From positions 32,001 through 96,000 of the forward strand of contig JAWBBW010000001.1 in assembly GCA_038824035.1 (NCBI GenBank): a DNA stretch of 64,000 nucleotides. Reading direction: 5' to 3'. How positions within the stretch are numbered: the first letter of the stretch is position 1; each line of letters starts with the position of its first letter. This DNA comes from Desulfurococcaceae archaeon. GTDB taxonomy: Archaea > Thermoproteota > Thermoprotei_A > Sulfolobales > Desulfurococcaceae. The notes beneath the pieces are model-generated. The model was not told where the DNA came from and searched no databases. It worked only from the letters and a program-made list of their open reading frames with translations. Made by a program: the position numbers and the translations under genes. This document shows, piece by piece, positions 1 through 10,932 of the stretch.

Positions 1-1164
1 ATTATTGATCGTTTTTTCTAGTTCTTTTAATTGGCTGGGATTATAACCAGTACTTGGGAGAACTGGGCCTATGTGTGGGTATTCGCTATATATCTCCTGG
101 AAAAACCTAGTGGCATATGGCCTTGGATCTACGATCTCCGCGCCATATTTCAACGCCGCTACATAGCCGGCTGCGTATTGTAAACCACCATGGGTTATGG
201 TTGGTGAATCCTCAATCACGAGGACTTTTTTTCCTTCTATTATCGATGGGTTATCAACTACTACATCACTAATGGCGAGGCAGATCACGGCTTTGGGGTT
301 CCTAGTTAATATGTTTTTCTTTATGGTATCCACTGCCCCTGGCTTAGCTTGGTCAACCTTGTTCACCAAGACAATGTCAGCCATATATATGTTCATCTCG
401 CCGGGAAATGCCGATATCTCTATGCCAGGCCTCATGGCATCGGCAACGGTGATCATGAGATCAGGCTTATAGAATGGCCAGTCATTATTACCTCCATCCC
501 ATAGTATGATGTCATTCTCTGATTCCACAATTCTGAGTATGTTTCCATAATCGACTCCAGCGTAAACTGAGAAACCCAGCCTGAGATAGTGTTCATACTC
601 TTCTCTCTCTTCTATAGTAGCGCCGTATTTATCCAAGTCATCAATACTCCTAAAAACCTGTACAGCCGATTTCTCCAAATTACCATATGGCATTGGGTGT
701 CTAACTATTCCGGTTTTCAACCCTCTTTTGCTAAGCTCTAGCGCTATTTCCCTGGATACCGAGCTTTTACCTGAACCAGTCTTGACACCTGTGACAGCTA
801 TTACTGGTTTAACGCTTTCAAGCATAGTCTCAGCTGGGCCCAGTATTTTAAAGGTCAAACCCAATGACATGAGTTTGGATATTAGCTGTCCGAGCTCCTG
901 GTACGTTAGATCGCTGAACGCTAGTATGGCCTCTTCGACTCCATAAGTCTTCACAATCGTATCTAGGTATTTCAATCCTAATATCGGGATCCCCTCTGGA
1001 TACCCAGGCCCGGCAAGGGATGGAGGATATCTCCTACCAGCTATGCCTGGTATTTGGGTCTGTAGAAAGGCCACGACGTGGTAATCAGGGTTATTTCTAA
1101 AATAGATATTGAAATTATGGTAATCCCTTCCACTGGCACCTATAATCACGACTTTCCGCGGCAT
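1..1164 (-). CDS. COG2403 P-loop protein (cyclic 2,3-DPG synthetase-like / ArcE arginine synthetase family), 3' end runs off the window
   Basis: Not in the ORF track; segments translated by hand in one frame. ATG at 1164 after a GGTG SD. N-terminus MPRKVVIIGASGRDYHNFNIYFRNNPDYHVVAFLQTQIPGIAGRRYPP, P-loop GVKTGSGKS, later WDGGNND and EDSPTITHGG. The last codons before base 1 read LPSTGYNPSQLKELEKTINN. Confidence 0.85.
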   Translation of the reverse strand, partial: MPRKVVIIGASGRDYHNFNIYFRNNPDYHVVAFLQTQIPGIAGRRYPPSLAGPGYPEGIPILGLKYLDTIVKTYGVEEAILAFSDLTYQELGQLISKLMSLGLTFKILGPAETMLESVKPVIAVTGVKTGSGKSSVSREIALELSKRGLKTGIVRHPMPYGNLEKSAVQVFRSIDDLDKYGATIEEREEYEHYLRLGFSVYAGVDYGNILRIVESENDIILWDGGNNDWPFYKPDLMITVADAMRPGIEISAFPGEMNIYMADIVLVNKVDQAKPGAVDTIKKNILTRNPKAVICLAISDVVVDNPSIIEGKKVLVIEDSPTITHGGLQYAAGYVAALKYGAEIVDPRPYATRFFQEIYSEYPHIGPVLPSTGYNPSQLKELEKTINN

Positions 1165-1283
1165 GATGACACCGATTAAATATAGTAGACAAGGCTTATT
1201 AAGTCAATTGATCTAAAGAGGAACATCATAATACATGATGCATTAGAGTAATGGGGATAATGTTTTGGTTTTAAGAGCACTTA

Positions 1284-1300
1284 GAAAGGGAAAAAAGAGG
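1284..1300 (-). terminator. oligo-T terminator after ppsA
   Basis: Minus strand reads CCTCTTTTTTCCCTTTC a few nt after the ppsA stop. Confidence 0.45.
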
Positions 1301-1304
1301 TCAA

Positions 1305-3809
1305 TTAAAAGTTCAGGTCCTTTAATTTCTCGGCTATTTTTTCAAGCCTTTCCAACATAATCTTTCTCTCAACACTGGCAACCAATCTCCTTGTTGGTAT
1401 CACAGCATCTGGATTAACACTTATGCTGTCTATGCCCTCTCTTACCAAGAACTCCACTATCTCTGGGTACACGCTTGGGGCTTGTCCACATATACTCACT
1501 GTTGCACCTTTTTTGTGAGCCCCTCTTATTATCATGCTTATAGCCTTTAACACGGCTGGATCTCTCTCATCGAAATATCCCATCTCTGCCAATATATTGC
1601 TATCTCTGTCAGCACCAAGAACTAGTTGTGTCAAGTCGTTGCTTCCAATACTAAATCCATCGACCAGTTCAGCGAACTCCTCTGCGAGCAATGCTACACT
1701 TGGGACCTCAGCCATGATCCACACTTTGAAGTCCTTAGTTCTCTTTAATCCCTCCTCTTCCATGATCTTTAGTAAGCGTTTGACCTCCCAGGTTGTCCTC
1801 ACAAATGGCAACATGACCCATACATTTATTAAGCCAAACTCTTCTCTTACTTTCCTAATGGCCTTTAACTCCAGCCTGAAACCTGGTTCATACTTGGGGT
1901 GTATGTACCTGCTAACACCTCTCCAGCCAATCATTGGGTTTCTCTCATCTGGTTCGTATTTTTCACCACCCTTTAATCCTCTGAATTCATTTGTTCTGAA
2001 ATCACTGAATCTCACTACTACCGGCCTTGGATATATGGCCTGAGCTACTTTAGCTATTCCCTCGGCTAGCTTATTCACGAAGAAGTCTTGTTGACCAGTG
2101 TCGATCAAATACATTGGATGATATCCGATCCAATCTGTGAATATGAACTCGATCCTCATTAGGCCTATTCCGTCGAATGGAAGGTCCTTGTATTTGTCTA
2201 TGGCATCTGGTTCACCAAGGTTCATGTAGATTTTAGTGGCTGTCACAGGGTATAATGGTAATAGTTGCTCTGGGCTAATACCTACAGCCGCTACCACGCC
2301 GGCCGCAGGAATGGCCTCCGTCTTCGGCTTCGCCAACTCTTCAACTATACCCTCATAGATGACTCCCTTACTACCATCAACTGTGACCTCTGTACCTGAC
2401 ACCACGGCCTTTGTCGCATTGCCAGTTCCAACTACACATGGTATACCTAGTTCACGGCTGACTATTGCGGCGTGGCTTGTCATACCACCTTCATCTGTGA
2501 CTATTGCAGCGGCTTTTTTCATTAATGGTACCCAGTCAGGGTCTGTCATCCTTGTTACGAGGATATCGCCCTCTTTGAACTCTAATGCCTCAGGGCTCTT
2601 GGGATCAAATATCACCCTGGCAACGCCTGCGCCTATACCAGGACTCGCAGGTAGGCCTCTTGCAAGCACCTTGGCCTCAGACAATTTCACCACTTTTCTA
2701 CCAGTAACCTCGGCTGGTTTCTTAGCGGCTTCTTTTGCTTTCTTAGTACTCCACACAGTCTCGGGCCTTGCTTGTACTATGAACACGTTTTGCGGGAACG
2801 GTAGATCCAGGTCTACTGCCCACTCTATGTCCATATGTCTTCCATAGTGTTTGTATATTAATTCGCCTAGCTCTGCTAATCTAATAACCTCCTCGTCTGT
2901 TAGCGAGGGCTTTTCGGGATGGGCGATCTGGACCAACGGTGCTTGCGGTTCTACTCCCTCCTCTGCAACCCACTTACTTTGTTCATCTTCCCACTTTAAG
3001 TGGATGTTTTTACCTATACTTGGATCAAACGTTATCATGTACGTCTTCTTGTTAATTCTCCTCTCGACGATATCAATACTCTTCCTATCAACTATGAACT
3101 CATCCGGAGTTACTTTGCCACCAACAACAGATTCTCCGAGACCCCAGCTACTCTCTATGACTATTACGTTCTCATCCCCTGTCACCGGGTGTAATGTGAA
3201 CATAACACCAGCTGCCTTGCTATTGACCATTTTCTGAACCGTAACACTCATATGTGTTCTCTCGTGTGGTATCCCTTGAGCAACTCTATAGAATGTTGCT
3301 CTCGCTGTGAAAAGGCTTGCCCAGCATCTCTTAACATGTTCGACGACTTTCTCAGCGCCGTAGACATTGAGATATGTGTCTTGTTGTCCAGCAAAACTAG
3401 CCTCGGGCAAATCCTCGGCTGTAGCACTACTTCTAACAGCTACTCGTAATTTCGCTGGATCCATGTTCAACCTCTTAGCTAATTCATTATAATACATCTT
3501 GATCTCGTTTTCCACCTCCCGTGGCATTGGCTGGCTTAATATCATCTCCCTTATTTTCCTAGTGGTTTCCTCCAATTCCTTGGTGTTATTTACATCGAGT
3601 TTTCTCAGCATATCGTAGATCTTCTGGCCCAACCCGGTTTTCTCCATGAAGTATTTAAATGCATACGCGGTGACAGCGAATCCAGGAGGCACTGGTATTC
3701 CAGCTGCCATCATTTCTCCTAGATTTGCATTTTTGCCACCAACTAATGGGACATCTTCCTTCCTCACTTCCTCTAACCAGAGCACGAACCTGGTTTCTTT
3801 GCTACTCAT
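1305..3809 (-). CDS. ppsA: phosphoenolpyruvate synthase (pyruvate, water dikinase)
   Basis: [30 protein letters not shown], phospho-His motif [33 protein letters not shown]. Confidence 0.96.
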   Translation of the reverse strand: MSSKETRFVLWLEEVRKEDVPLVGGKNANLGEMMAAGIPVPPGFAVTAYAFKYFMEKTGLGQKIYDMLRKLDVNNTKELEETTRKIREMILSQPMPREVENEIKMYYNELAKRLNMDPAKLRVAVRSSATAEDLPEASFAGQQDTYLNVYGAEKVVEHVKRCWASLFTARATFYRVAQGIPHERTHMSVTVQKMVNSKAAGVMFTLHPVTGDENVIVIESSWGLGESVVGGKVTPDEFIVDRKSIDIVERRINKKTYMITFDPSIGKNIHLKWEDEQSKWVAEEGVEPQAPLVQIAHPEKPSLTDEEVIRLAELGELIYKHYGRHMDIEWAVDLDLPFPQNVFIVQARPETVWSTKKAKEAAKKPAEVTGRKVVKLSEAKVLARGLPASPGIGAGVARVIFDPKSPEALEFKEGDILVTRMTDPDWVPLMKKAAAIVTDEGGMTSHAAIVSRELGIPCVVGTGNATKAVVSGTEVTVDGSKGVIYEGIVEELAKPKTEAIPAAGVVAAVGISPEQLLPLYPVTATKIYMNLGEPDAIDKYKDLPFDGIGLMRIEFIFTDWIGYHPMYLIDTGQQDFFVNKLAEGIAKVAQAIYPRPVVVRFSDFRTNEFRGLKGGEKYEPDERNPMIGWRGVSRYIHPKYEPGFRLELKAIRKVREEFGLINVWVMLPFVRTTWEVKRLLKIMEEEGLKRTKDFKVWIMAEVPSVALLAEEFAELVDGFSIGSNDLTQLVLGADRDSNILAEMGYFDERDPAVLKAISMIIRGAHKKGATVSICGQAPSVYPEIVEFLVREGIDSISVNPDAVIPTRRLVASVERKIMLERLEKIAEKLKDLNF

Positions 3810-3893
3810 TAAACCACCTGAAAAGGTATCCTTCTCGATAAGGGTTATAAAAGTTTTCTTTATACATAGAAATACAATATATATTGAAACATG

Positions 3894-5453
3894 TCATTGT
3901 CCTGTATTTTTCCCAAATCTCTTCGACGATCTCCTAGATATCCTGTCGGCAAGGTCTTTGACAACATTGTAGTAATACCATGCATGTCTCTTAGCCATGT
4001 CAATTCTCTCGCTTGAACGTATTCTATGTAACAATGGGTATTTCCCAAGATAGTTCTTCACTCCTTTTTCACCGAACTCAACCAACGCTACCGCTGTTAA
4101 TGAATGGATTAAGGCCTCGTTTAATAGCTTGTTGACGAACAATTCCCGTTTCTCGTCGAAAAACCTAGTAGTATACGTGGCGTTTACGAACTCCTCGGTA
4201 GAAATTATCTGTCTCAGTAATGGGATATTAGTGGACACTCCTTCAATCCTGAACTCTGCTAGGGCGTTTCTGAGCCTCTCTAATGCTTTCCACCTATCCG
4301 GGGACCACACTATTAACTTGGCGATCATGGGGTCGTATTCCCCCGATATTGTAGATCCATCGCAGACACCTGAATCAACCCTGATACCTGGTCCACTGGG
4401 TTCGTGATAAAATGTTATTTTCCCTTTAGACGGCTCACCTGTGATCGGGTTTTCGCTGTAGATTCTGACCTCTATTGAATGGCCATGTCTCAGAATGCTC
4501 CCTTGCTTTATATCAAGTACGCCGTATAAGGCTATTTCCACCTGTTTTTTCACTATATCTATCCCAGTGATCATCTCGGTGACAGGGTGTTCTACCTGGA
4601 TTCTCGTATTTATCTCCATGAAGTAAAACTCCCTTCTCCTCAGATCAAATACGAATTCAATTGTGCCGGCATTTCTATACCTGAGTCGTTCAGCCATCTC
4701 AACTGCATAGTTGTATAACTTATTACGCTCATTATCAAATAATGATGGACTAGGGGCTTCTTCAATTATTTTCTGAAACCTCCTTTGAATACTACATTCT
4801 CTTTCAAACAAGTGAACGATGTTATCCCCATCACCTAGTATTTGTACCTCGATGTGCTTAGAGATAGGTATGTATGGCTCAACGAAAAGCCTTGGATCAG
4901 CGAACGCGATCTCGGCTTCTTTCCTGGCTACTTCGAGTGATTTCTTTAGCTCTTTTTCATTATACACTATCCTAACACCCCTACCACCACCTCCTCCAGC
5001 AGCTTTTATTATCAATGGATATCCATGTATCTTCGCGAATTCGAGCACTTCGTCGAAATCTTTGGCCTCGATCCACGGCAAAGTAGGCACTTCTAGTCTC
5101 TCGGCAAAGATCTTCGAGACAATCTTATCCCCAGCCATTGCCATGATGTTGGGGGGAGGGCCAATAAATATCAAGCCGTTTTTCAAGACCTCTCTAGCGA
5201 ATTCTGGGTTTTCACTCAGAAACCCATAACCTGGGTGTATAGCCTCGGCACCCATATCGACAGCCGCTTCCACGATCTCGCTTATGTTGAGGTAGCTGGA
5301 TACCTCTCTGTCCTCCACTAGGAAACGACGATGCAAAGAGTTGGAATCGCTCTTTGTGTATATGCCCACAGGCATGTAGCCGTTTTCTAATAGGGTTTTA
5401 GCGATCCTTATCGCTATCTCTCCTCGATTAGCGATCATTATCTTGACTGGCAT
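3894..5453 (-). CDS. biotin carboxylase (pyruvate/acyl-CoA carboxylase subunit A)
   Basis: IANRGEIA, IHPGYGFLSEN, GGGGRG, ERECSIQRR, EINTRIQVEHPVTE, YDPMIAKL. No biotinyl domain. Start moved to the ATG of MPVKIM. Confidence 0.9.
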   Translation of the reverse strand: MPVKIMIANRGEIAIRIAKTLLENGYMPVGIYTKSDSNSLHRRFLVEDREVSSYLNISEIVEAAVDMGAEAIHPGYGFLSENPEFAREVLKNGLIFIGPPPNIMAMAGDKIVSKIFAERLEVPTLPWIEAKDFDEVLEFAKIHGYPLIIKAAGGGGGRGVRIVYNEKELKKSLEVARKEAEIAFADPRLFVEPYIPISKHIEVQILGDGDNIVHLFERECSIQRRFQKIIEEAPSPSLFDNERNKLYNYAVEMAERLRYRNAGTIEFVFDLRRREFYFMEINTRIQVEHPVTEMITGIDIVKKQVEIALYGVLDIKQGSILRHGHSIEVRIYSENPITGEPSKGKITFYHEPSGPGIRVDSGVCDGSTISGEYDPMIAKLIVWSPDRWKALERLRNALAEFRIEGVSTNIPLLRQIISTEEFVNATYTTRFFDEKRELFVNKLLNEALIHSLTAVALVEFGEKGVKNYLGKYPLLHRIRSSERIDMAKRHAWYYYNVVKDLADRISRRSSKRFGKNTGQ

Positions 5454-5513
5454 TGCATCCCCACTGGTCTTGAGCAATACTTTGTTTTCCTATGCAAAAC
5501 ATCATAAATAAGC

Positions 5514-6743
5514 TTAACTGACGGCTTGGCTCTCCAGTTTCTTGATCAATTCTATATATATATTGATCGCCCTCTCTATATCTGATAATTCTATATACTC
5601 ATTTGGCTTATGGGCCATATCGGTTGAACCGGGTCCATACGCTATCGCTGGTATCGCCTTGTTGCTATAGTACTTTAGATCTAGCCCGCCACTACAAATG
5701 AGCTTACGAGGCATTGTACCGATTTTCTCAGCGATCACGGTTTCAAGGGCCCTCACTATGTATGAGTCCTCAGAGGTATATGCCGGGTCAGATTTATCTA
5801 CAATCTCGACTTCAGCCTTAATGCCGATTTCCCGGCTAATCGAATCGATGAGTTCCTTTATCTCAACAACTACATCATCTGCTTTCTCCTCTATAATGAG
5901 TCTCCGGTCAATACTGAAACCCGAAACACCGGGCACGATGTTGACAGCGCCAGGGGAGATCAGGAGGCCGCCCGCCGTTATAGATGGCTTTGATGCCTCA
6001 GGGTGTTCATAGCTATGTTTACTAACCCTGCGATCCAGTAATAGCTTATACCTATTGAGAAACTCCTTGGCCAGTGTTATCATTTTCTCGAATGCATTAT
6101 CTCCAAGCCATGGCACAGATCCATGTGCTTGTTTGCCAAATGTCTTCACAACGGCCCATACATTGCCACGGTGACCTAGATATATGGTGTCTATGCCTGA
6201 CGGCTCAGCTATGACTACCCAGTCTGGTCTACTTCCAAGTTGATTAACGAGATAACCGGTTCCACTAACTCCGCCTATTTCCTCGTCAGGGACAAGAACA
6301 GCCTCGACGACTATCTCGGGTTCTCGGGTTTTTTGGGCGAAATATATTAGTGTTGCCAACACAGCTGCTATCCCCCCTTTCATATCACTAGAACCTCGTC
6401 CATATAACCTACCATTGCTTATAACCGGTGTGAACGGATCTGTTTCCCACCCTTCACCTGGGGGAACCACATCGTAATGGCCATTGAACTGGAGCACTTT
6501 GTAGCCATGTCCTATCCTGGCCAATAATATGTATCTAGGTCTCTCAGGGTGAAATTGCTTGGGCAAAACACTAGCCAAATACTCATCAGGCACTCTGTGC
6601 ACAGTGACGTGTATTCCGTAGTTAGATAAAAGCTCCCTGTAATAATCCACGGCTGCCTCGTACTCCTCTCCGAGCACAGTCTTATACCTTATACTATCCA
6701 AGAGTACCTTGATGGCTATTTCCACTACGTTCTTGATATCCAC
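5514..6743 (-). CDS. M20 family metallopeptidase/deacylase (ArgE/DapE-like)
   Basis: FNGHYDVVP, GRGSSDMKGG, PDEEIGG, IAEPSG, AHKPNE metal-binding motifs. Confidence 0.9.
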   Translation of the reverse strand: MDIKNVVEIAIKVLLDSIRYKTVLGEEYEAAVDYYRELLSNYGIHVTVHRVPDEYLASVLPKQFHPERPRYILLARIGHGYKVLQFNGHYDVVPPGEGWETDPFTPVISNGRLYGRGSSDMKGGIAAVLATLIYFAQKTREPEIVVEAVLVPDEEIGGVSGTGYLVNQLGSRPDWVVIAEPSGIDTIYLGHRGNVWAVVKTFGKQAHGSVPWLGDNAFEKMITLAKEFLNRYKLLLDRRVSKHSYEHPEASKPSITAGGLLISPGAVNIVPGVSGFSIDRRLIIEEKADDVVVEIKELIDSISREIGIKAEVEIVDKSDPAYTSEDSYIVRALETVIAEKIGTMPRKLICSGGLDLKYYSNKAIPAIAYGPGSTDMAHKPNEYIELSDIERAINIYIELIKKLESQAVS

Positions 6744-6812
6744 TCCATGATCACCTAGTAGAGAACCAGTGGATTACGCGCGATTAATATGTGGAGGAGG
6801 TATAAAAAACGT

Positions 6813-7055
6813 CTATTCAATCTTCTCTATATATATGATCTGGACAGGACAAGCGTTTGCAGCATCCTGGGCACAGGACACTAAGTCCTCTGGTATAATG
6901 CCGACCGCTATATTGCCACTTTCTCTGAATTTCTCTGTTATCTGTGATTTGTTATCATCGGGATTCATTTCAAACACGTCAGGACATATGGAGACACAGA
7001 CCATGTCAGATATGCAGTTCTCTCTGGGCTCTATCTTTACCCTGTACTTAGCCAT
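6813..7055 (-). CDS. ferredoxin (single-cluster type)
   Basis: CISDMVCVSICP and ACPVQII (CxxDxxC...CP). Start moved to MAKYRV, which follows a GGTGA SD. Confidence 0.9.
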   Translation of the reverse strand: MAKYRVKIEPRENCISDMVCVSICPDVFEMNPDDNKSQITEKFRESGNIAVGIIPEDLVSCAQDAANACPVQIIYIEKIE

Positions 7056-7100
7056 GTTCTTCACCACTAAATAAGTAGGGAGATGTATAATAAAAAGCTT

Positions 7101-7160
7101 TCATCAGCTATGCGGGGCCCATGTCATTTCTACTCCTTTCCAAGGTTCCTCATCATCAAA
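7101..7160 (-). ncRNA. candidate box C/D sRNA
   Basis: Minus strand: C ATGATGA (7156-7150), guide GGAACCTTGGAA, weak D' AGGA, C' ATGACAT, guide GGGCCCCGCATAG, D CTGA (7107-7104). TATA-like TTTAAATAA about 25-30 nt upstream. Confidence 0.65.
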
Positions 7161-7245
7161 TCTACAATTACGATGTATCAAGTTATTTAAACTACCTAGT
7201 TTCCTTGATAAGTACGGAGGTCTTTTAACTACTTAAAACACCATG

Positions 7246-7875
7246 TCAACTCTTAAAATACGATATATAATACGTATGCAGGCCTTTCACGATCATCTCA
7301 ACTGCCACGCCGGCTATTATCAGCGCCATGAATCTCCCGACGGCTCTGACAGTGGATAATTTAAGGTACTTTACCAAGTTATCGCTGATTTTAAGTAAAA
7401 AGAATGAAAAACCACACGCTGTCAAACCAGCTATTAGCACTAGCACTATGTTGAACGCATCGCCAGGCTTAGCCGATGTCAATAACAATATTGTTGTTAT
7501 GGTCCCAGGTCCTATTAACAACGGGGTCGCTATGGGGACAACAGCTATGTCGGATGGGTGAACACGCTTTGTTCTAACCTCGTCGCCCAACATATCGAGT
7601 GCTATGGTTATCAACAAGATCCCTCCACCAACTCTCAGCCCAGCTATGGATACATTGAATGCTTGGAGAATATAGTGGCCAGCCAGTGTGAAGACCAATA
7701 CTATCAACATACCGGCGATCCAGGCTTTCTTAATTATTTCCTTTCTTTTATCCGCGCTGATCGATTGTGTGAGGGCGAGGTATGTCGGTATGACTGAAAA
7801 CGGGTTCATGATTGCAAATAACTGTATGAAATAGGTCATGAAAATTAAAATGATGTTTACTAATGTCTCGAACAT
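7246..7875 (-). CDS. MarC family membrane protein
   Basis: FAIMNPFSVIP and VVPIATPLLIGPGTIT motifs, about six hydrophobic segments. Confidence 0.9.
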   Translation of the reverse strand: MFETLVNIILIFMTYFIQLFAIMNPFSVIPTYLALTQSISADKRKEIIKKAWIAGMLIVLVFTLAGHYILQAFNVSIAGLRVGGGILLITIALDMLGDEVRTKRVHPSDIAVVPIATPLLIGPGTITTILLLTSAKPGDAFNIVLVLIAGLTACGFSFFLLKISDNLVKYLKLSTVRAVGRFMALIIAGVAVEMIVKGLHTYYISYFKS

Positions 7876-7902
7876 AGGGTAACCCTATTAAATGCCTTGG
7901 TT

Positions 7903-10827
7903 CTATATCACGAAAAGAGCTGGTTTTAATGGAAGCGCTCTCTCAGCCTTTGGTATATTCCTGGCTCTCGCCTCATCTTCCCACAGGATCTCTATATCTA
8001 GCCCTAGTTTGTTTTTCAAATAGCTTACAACATGCTTGTAGACCTCGTATTCTCTCTTACTACTAGTCTTCAATATGTTTGTCAAGTCAATTTTCTTCAA
8101 CGAGTTATAGGTATCCACAATCTCCATTTCCCTCCCCTTTAATCCATAACTAGTCCTCATGATGTCTATTATCACCTTTAAAGAGGTGTTTTGAACTATT
8201 GATCTCGCGATTTCTCGTTTCCACTCTGGTGCCACTATTATATAGGCCTTGCGAGGAGTTGTCTTGATCAACGATATTATCTCCCTTAGATCGTTTAGGA
8301 CAGACTCTACGTTATCCACAATTATGTCGAGCTCCTCGTCCACGGGTTCCTTGATCACAGGCCACTTTGATATCGATAATATATCGGTGTAGCCTAGCAT
8401 GGAATTTATCTCCTCTGTTAAGTGAGGTATGACAGGGTTTAACACTGTTATCCAATCTCTCAGGATCTTTCTCGTGCCTTGAACGTATTTATCACCTACC
8501 ATGTCCTTGTACTTATCTATCAACGACAATACATCGAAGAACGCCTTCTGCACATATTCCCTGATCTCCATTTCCTCTATTGCTTTCGTGGCTTCTTTTA
8601 TTTTAGCGTAGAACTTGTCCATGAACCAGGTTGTATATATGTCCTGGCTCTGATTCGTCGATAACTCGTCGACCTCTATGGCCTGTTTCGCCATGTTTAC
8701 GAATTTCATGAGACTATCGATCACCTTTTCAACCTCGGCCTCTCTCCAGTCAAGAACGCTATCAAGGTTTGCTGCCCACGCCATGTAGATTCTGAACAAG
8801 TCAGCTGAATATAAATTAGCTATGTCACGCAATGGTATGACATTGCCCTTGCTCTTAGACATCTTAGCACCCTCTCTTATCACTGTTTCATTGAGAGTGA
8901 TTTTCCTGGGCACGTATTTCTCGGGGAATATTGATATATGGTGGAGTATGAAGAATGAGAGATGGTTTGATATATGTGGTATCGCGGTATGCCTGTGGTC
9001 TACGGGATACCAGTAAGTGAATTCCCTTCTCATTTTGTCCAAAACCTCTACGGGCACCCCAGCTTTAGATGAGATCTCGGCTGGATCGCCTATACCCAGG
9101 AATACATAATCAAATACCTCAGGGGATAGCAACGAGGGATCTATGTTGTTTTCCCTGATCAAGTGAACTATGGTGTAAAAGGCCATGTAAATCGTCGAAT
9201 CACTTAGGCTCTCTATGATCCACTCCTCGTCCCATGGAAGTTTTGTACCTATTCCACGTTTCCTTGCACATGGCCTCTTGTCGAGCCAGTTCAGTGTGTC
9301 GAGGAACATTTTCTTATATTTCGCCGGTATTACCTCTATTATGTTGTTCTCCAGGTATTTCCTGGCCAGATCTTTGAGCCATTTCAAGCTGTAATTCAAA
9401 AACCATTGTCCTTTTATTTTAGCCACTATTATCTCTCCGCCTGATCTACACCAAGCCTTTCTATTCAATTCATAGAATGGGATTGCTAATCCATTGCTAT
9501 AGAGCCTATCCTTGATTTTCTCCCTGGCATCTCTCACCAATAGCCCCTTGACATCGGGGTCATCTACAATCATTATGCCATTATAAAATTGCTCCCTATA
9601 CACCTCTCTTGAAACATCTTCTAACCTGGGATCTAACTGGGATTTAATGCCCAATCTCTCAACTACCACTTGGGCGTGATGCCCTGTAATGCCGGGTACA
9701 TGTATTATCTTGACAGGCTCTATTGCGTTGACAATTGATTGATCAATCCCGTATTTCTTAAGCAATTCTGGTTTATTCTTCAACTCGATGAGAGCTACGT
9801 AGTCGTAGGGCGCATCGCTTGGTTCTGAGTAGACAATGCCAGTAGCGTTCTCCTCGTCGACGAACTCCGCTGGCAATATTATAACTTGTTTTCCAAATGG
9901 TGAGACAACGTATTTGCCGATTAATTCTTTGCCCTCAATTATTTGCGTGATTTTTATTTCCTCTTCGGGGTGTTGATACTGGAACTTCATAAACGCCTTC
10001 TCAGATATCAGATATCTCTCTCCATTCCACTGAAACACTACGTATTTCGCCGATGGCTTGACCCATATGTTTGTAACACCGTATATGGTTTCTGGCCGAA
10101 GCGTCGCCGCTAACAAGTATTCATCGCTGTCGACTAGTTTGAACTTAACAGCAACGTATTCAACCACTTCGACTGGGTTGACATCAGCGTCTTGGATATC
10201 ATCCTCCCCCTCTGGTTGTTTGTGAAGCAAACAGTACGTAACCACGTGATCGCCCCTAGTAATCAGGTTCTTCTCCCATAATTTCAGATATTGCCACGTG
10301 ATAAAGCGCTGATAAATAGGCTCACCTGTGTGGAATTTTCTACGCCAGTCAATGCTGTACCCTAATGCCTCGAAATCTGCCTGGACCCTTTCAGCAAAGA
10401 AAACCGCCAGGTTTAACGGATCTTTAAAGGATTCAAGTATTTTCTCTACTTGAACAGGGTCTTGTACATAGTAGCTGATGTATTTCCTGTAGGAGTCAAT
10501 GGTCTTTTGATCCCCTCTCGCGATCATTTCTGAGACAGCTAGTATAGGTGTTCCGGTTATGTGAAAAGCCATTGGGAACAACACGTTGTATCCACGCAAT
10601 CTCTTATACCTCGCTACGATATCGCCAATTGTATAAGTCCTGCCATGCCCTATGTGTAGAGGGGCGTTTGTATAAGGGTATGGAACTGTTATGAAATACT
10701 TGGGCCTATTCTCATCGGGCTCAGCTTCGAAAACCTTTTTCTCCCTCCATATGTTTTGCCATTTTCTTTCAACATTCCTCAACCAGGCTAGAAACTCCTG
10801 TCTTCTCTGAAAACTCAATCCATACAC
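7903..10827 (-). CDS. leuS: leucine--tRNA ligase (archaeal type, divergent motifs)
   Basis: PYPYTNAPLHIGH, DWRR, ATLRPET, ESLSDSTIY, KMSKS, C-terminal ALPLKPAL. Confidence 0.9.
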   Translation of the reverse strand: MYGLSFQRRQEFLAWLRNVERKWQNIWREKKVFEAEPDENRPKYFITVPYPYTNAPLHIGHGRTYTIGDIVARYKRLRGYNVLFPMAFHITGTPILAVSEMIARGDQKTIDSYRKYISYYVQDPVQVEKILESFKDPLNLAVFFAERVQADFEALGYSIDWRRKFHTGEPIYQRFITWQYLKLWEKNLITRGDHVVTYCLLHKQPEGEDDIQDADVNPVEVVEYVAVKFKLVDSDEYLLAATLRPETIYGVTNIWVKPSAKYVVFQWNGERYLISEKAFMKFQYQHPEEEIKITQIIEGKELIGKYVVSPFGKQVIILPAEFVDEENATGIVYSEPSDAPYDYVALIELKNKPELLKKYGIDQSIVNAIEPVKIIHVPGITGHHAQVVVERLGIKSQLDPRLEDVSREVYREQFYNGIMIVDDPDVKGLLVRDAREKIKDRLYSNGLAIPFYELNRKAWCRSGGEIIVAKIKGQWFLNYSLKWLKDLARKYLENNIIEVIPAKYKKMFLDTLNWLDKRPCARKRGIGTKLPWDEEWIIESLSDSTIYMAFYTIVHLIRENNIDPSLLSPEVFDYVFLGIGDPAEISSKAGVPVEVLDKMRREFTYWYPVDHRHTAIPHISNHLSFFILHHISIFPEKYVPRKITLNETVIREGAKMSKSKGNVIPLRDIANLYSADLFRIYMAWAANLDSVLDWREAEVEKVIDSLMKFVNMAKQAIEVDELSTNQSQDIYTTWFMDKFYAKIKEATKAIEEMEIREYVQKAFFDVLSLIDKYKDMVGDKYVQGTRKILRDWITVLNPVIPHLTEEINSMLGYTDILSISKWPVIKEPVDEELDIIVDNVESVLNDLREIISLIKTTPRKAYIIVAPEWKREIARSIVQNTSLKVIIDIMRTSYGLKGREMEIVDTYNSLKKIDLTNILKTSSKREYEVYKHVVSYLKNKLGLDIEILWEDEARARNIPKAERALPLKPALFVI

Positions 10828-10932
10828 CCTGGCTTGTCCTATCCTTCATGTCATGTTTAGTTATTAAACATGAAGAAGCATTATTTAATAATTCTTGAAA
10901 TAATACTCACTATACAGCTCGTGTGATTAGAT

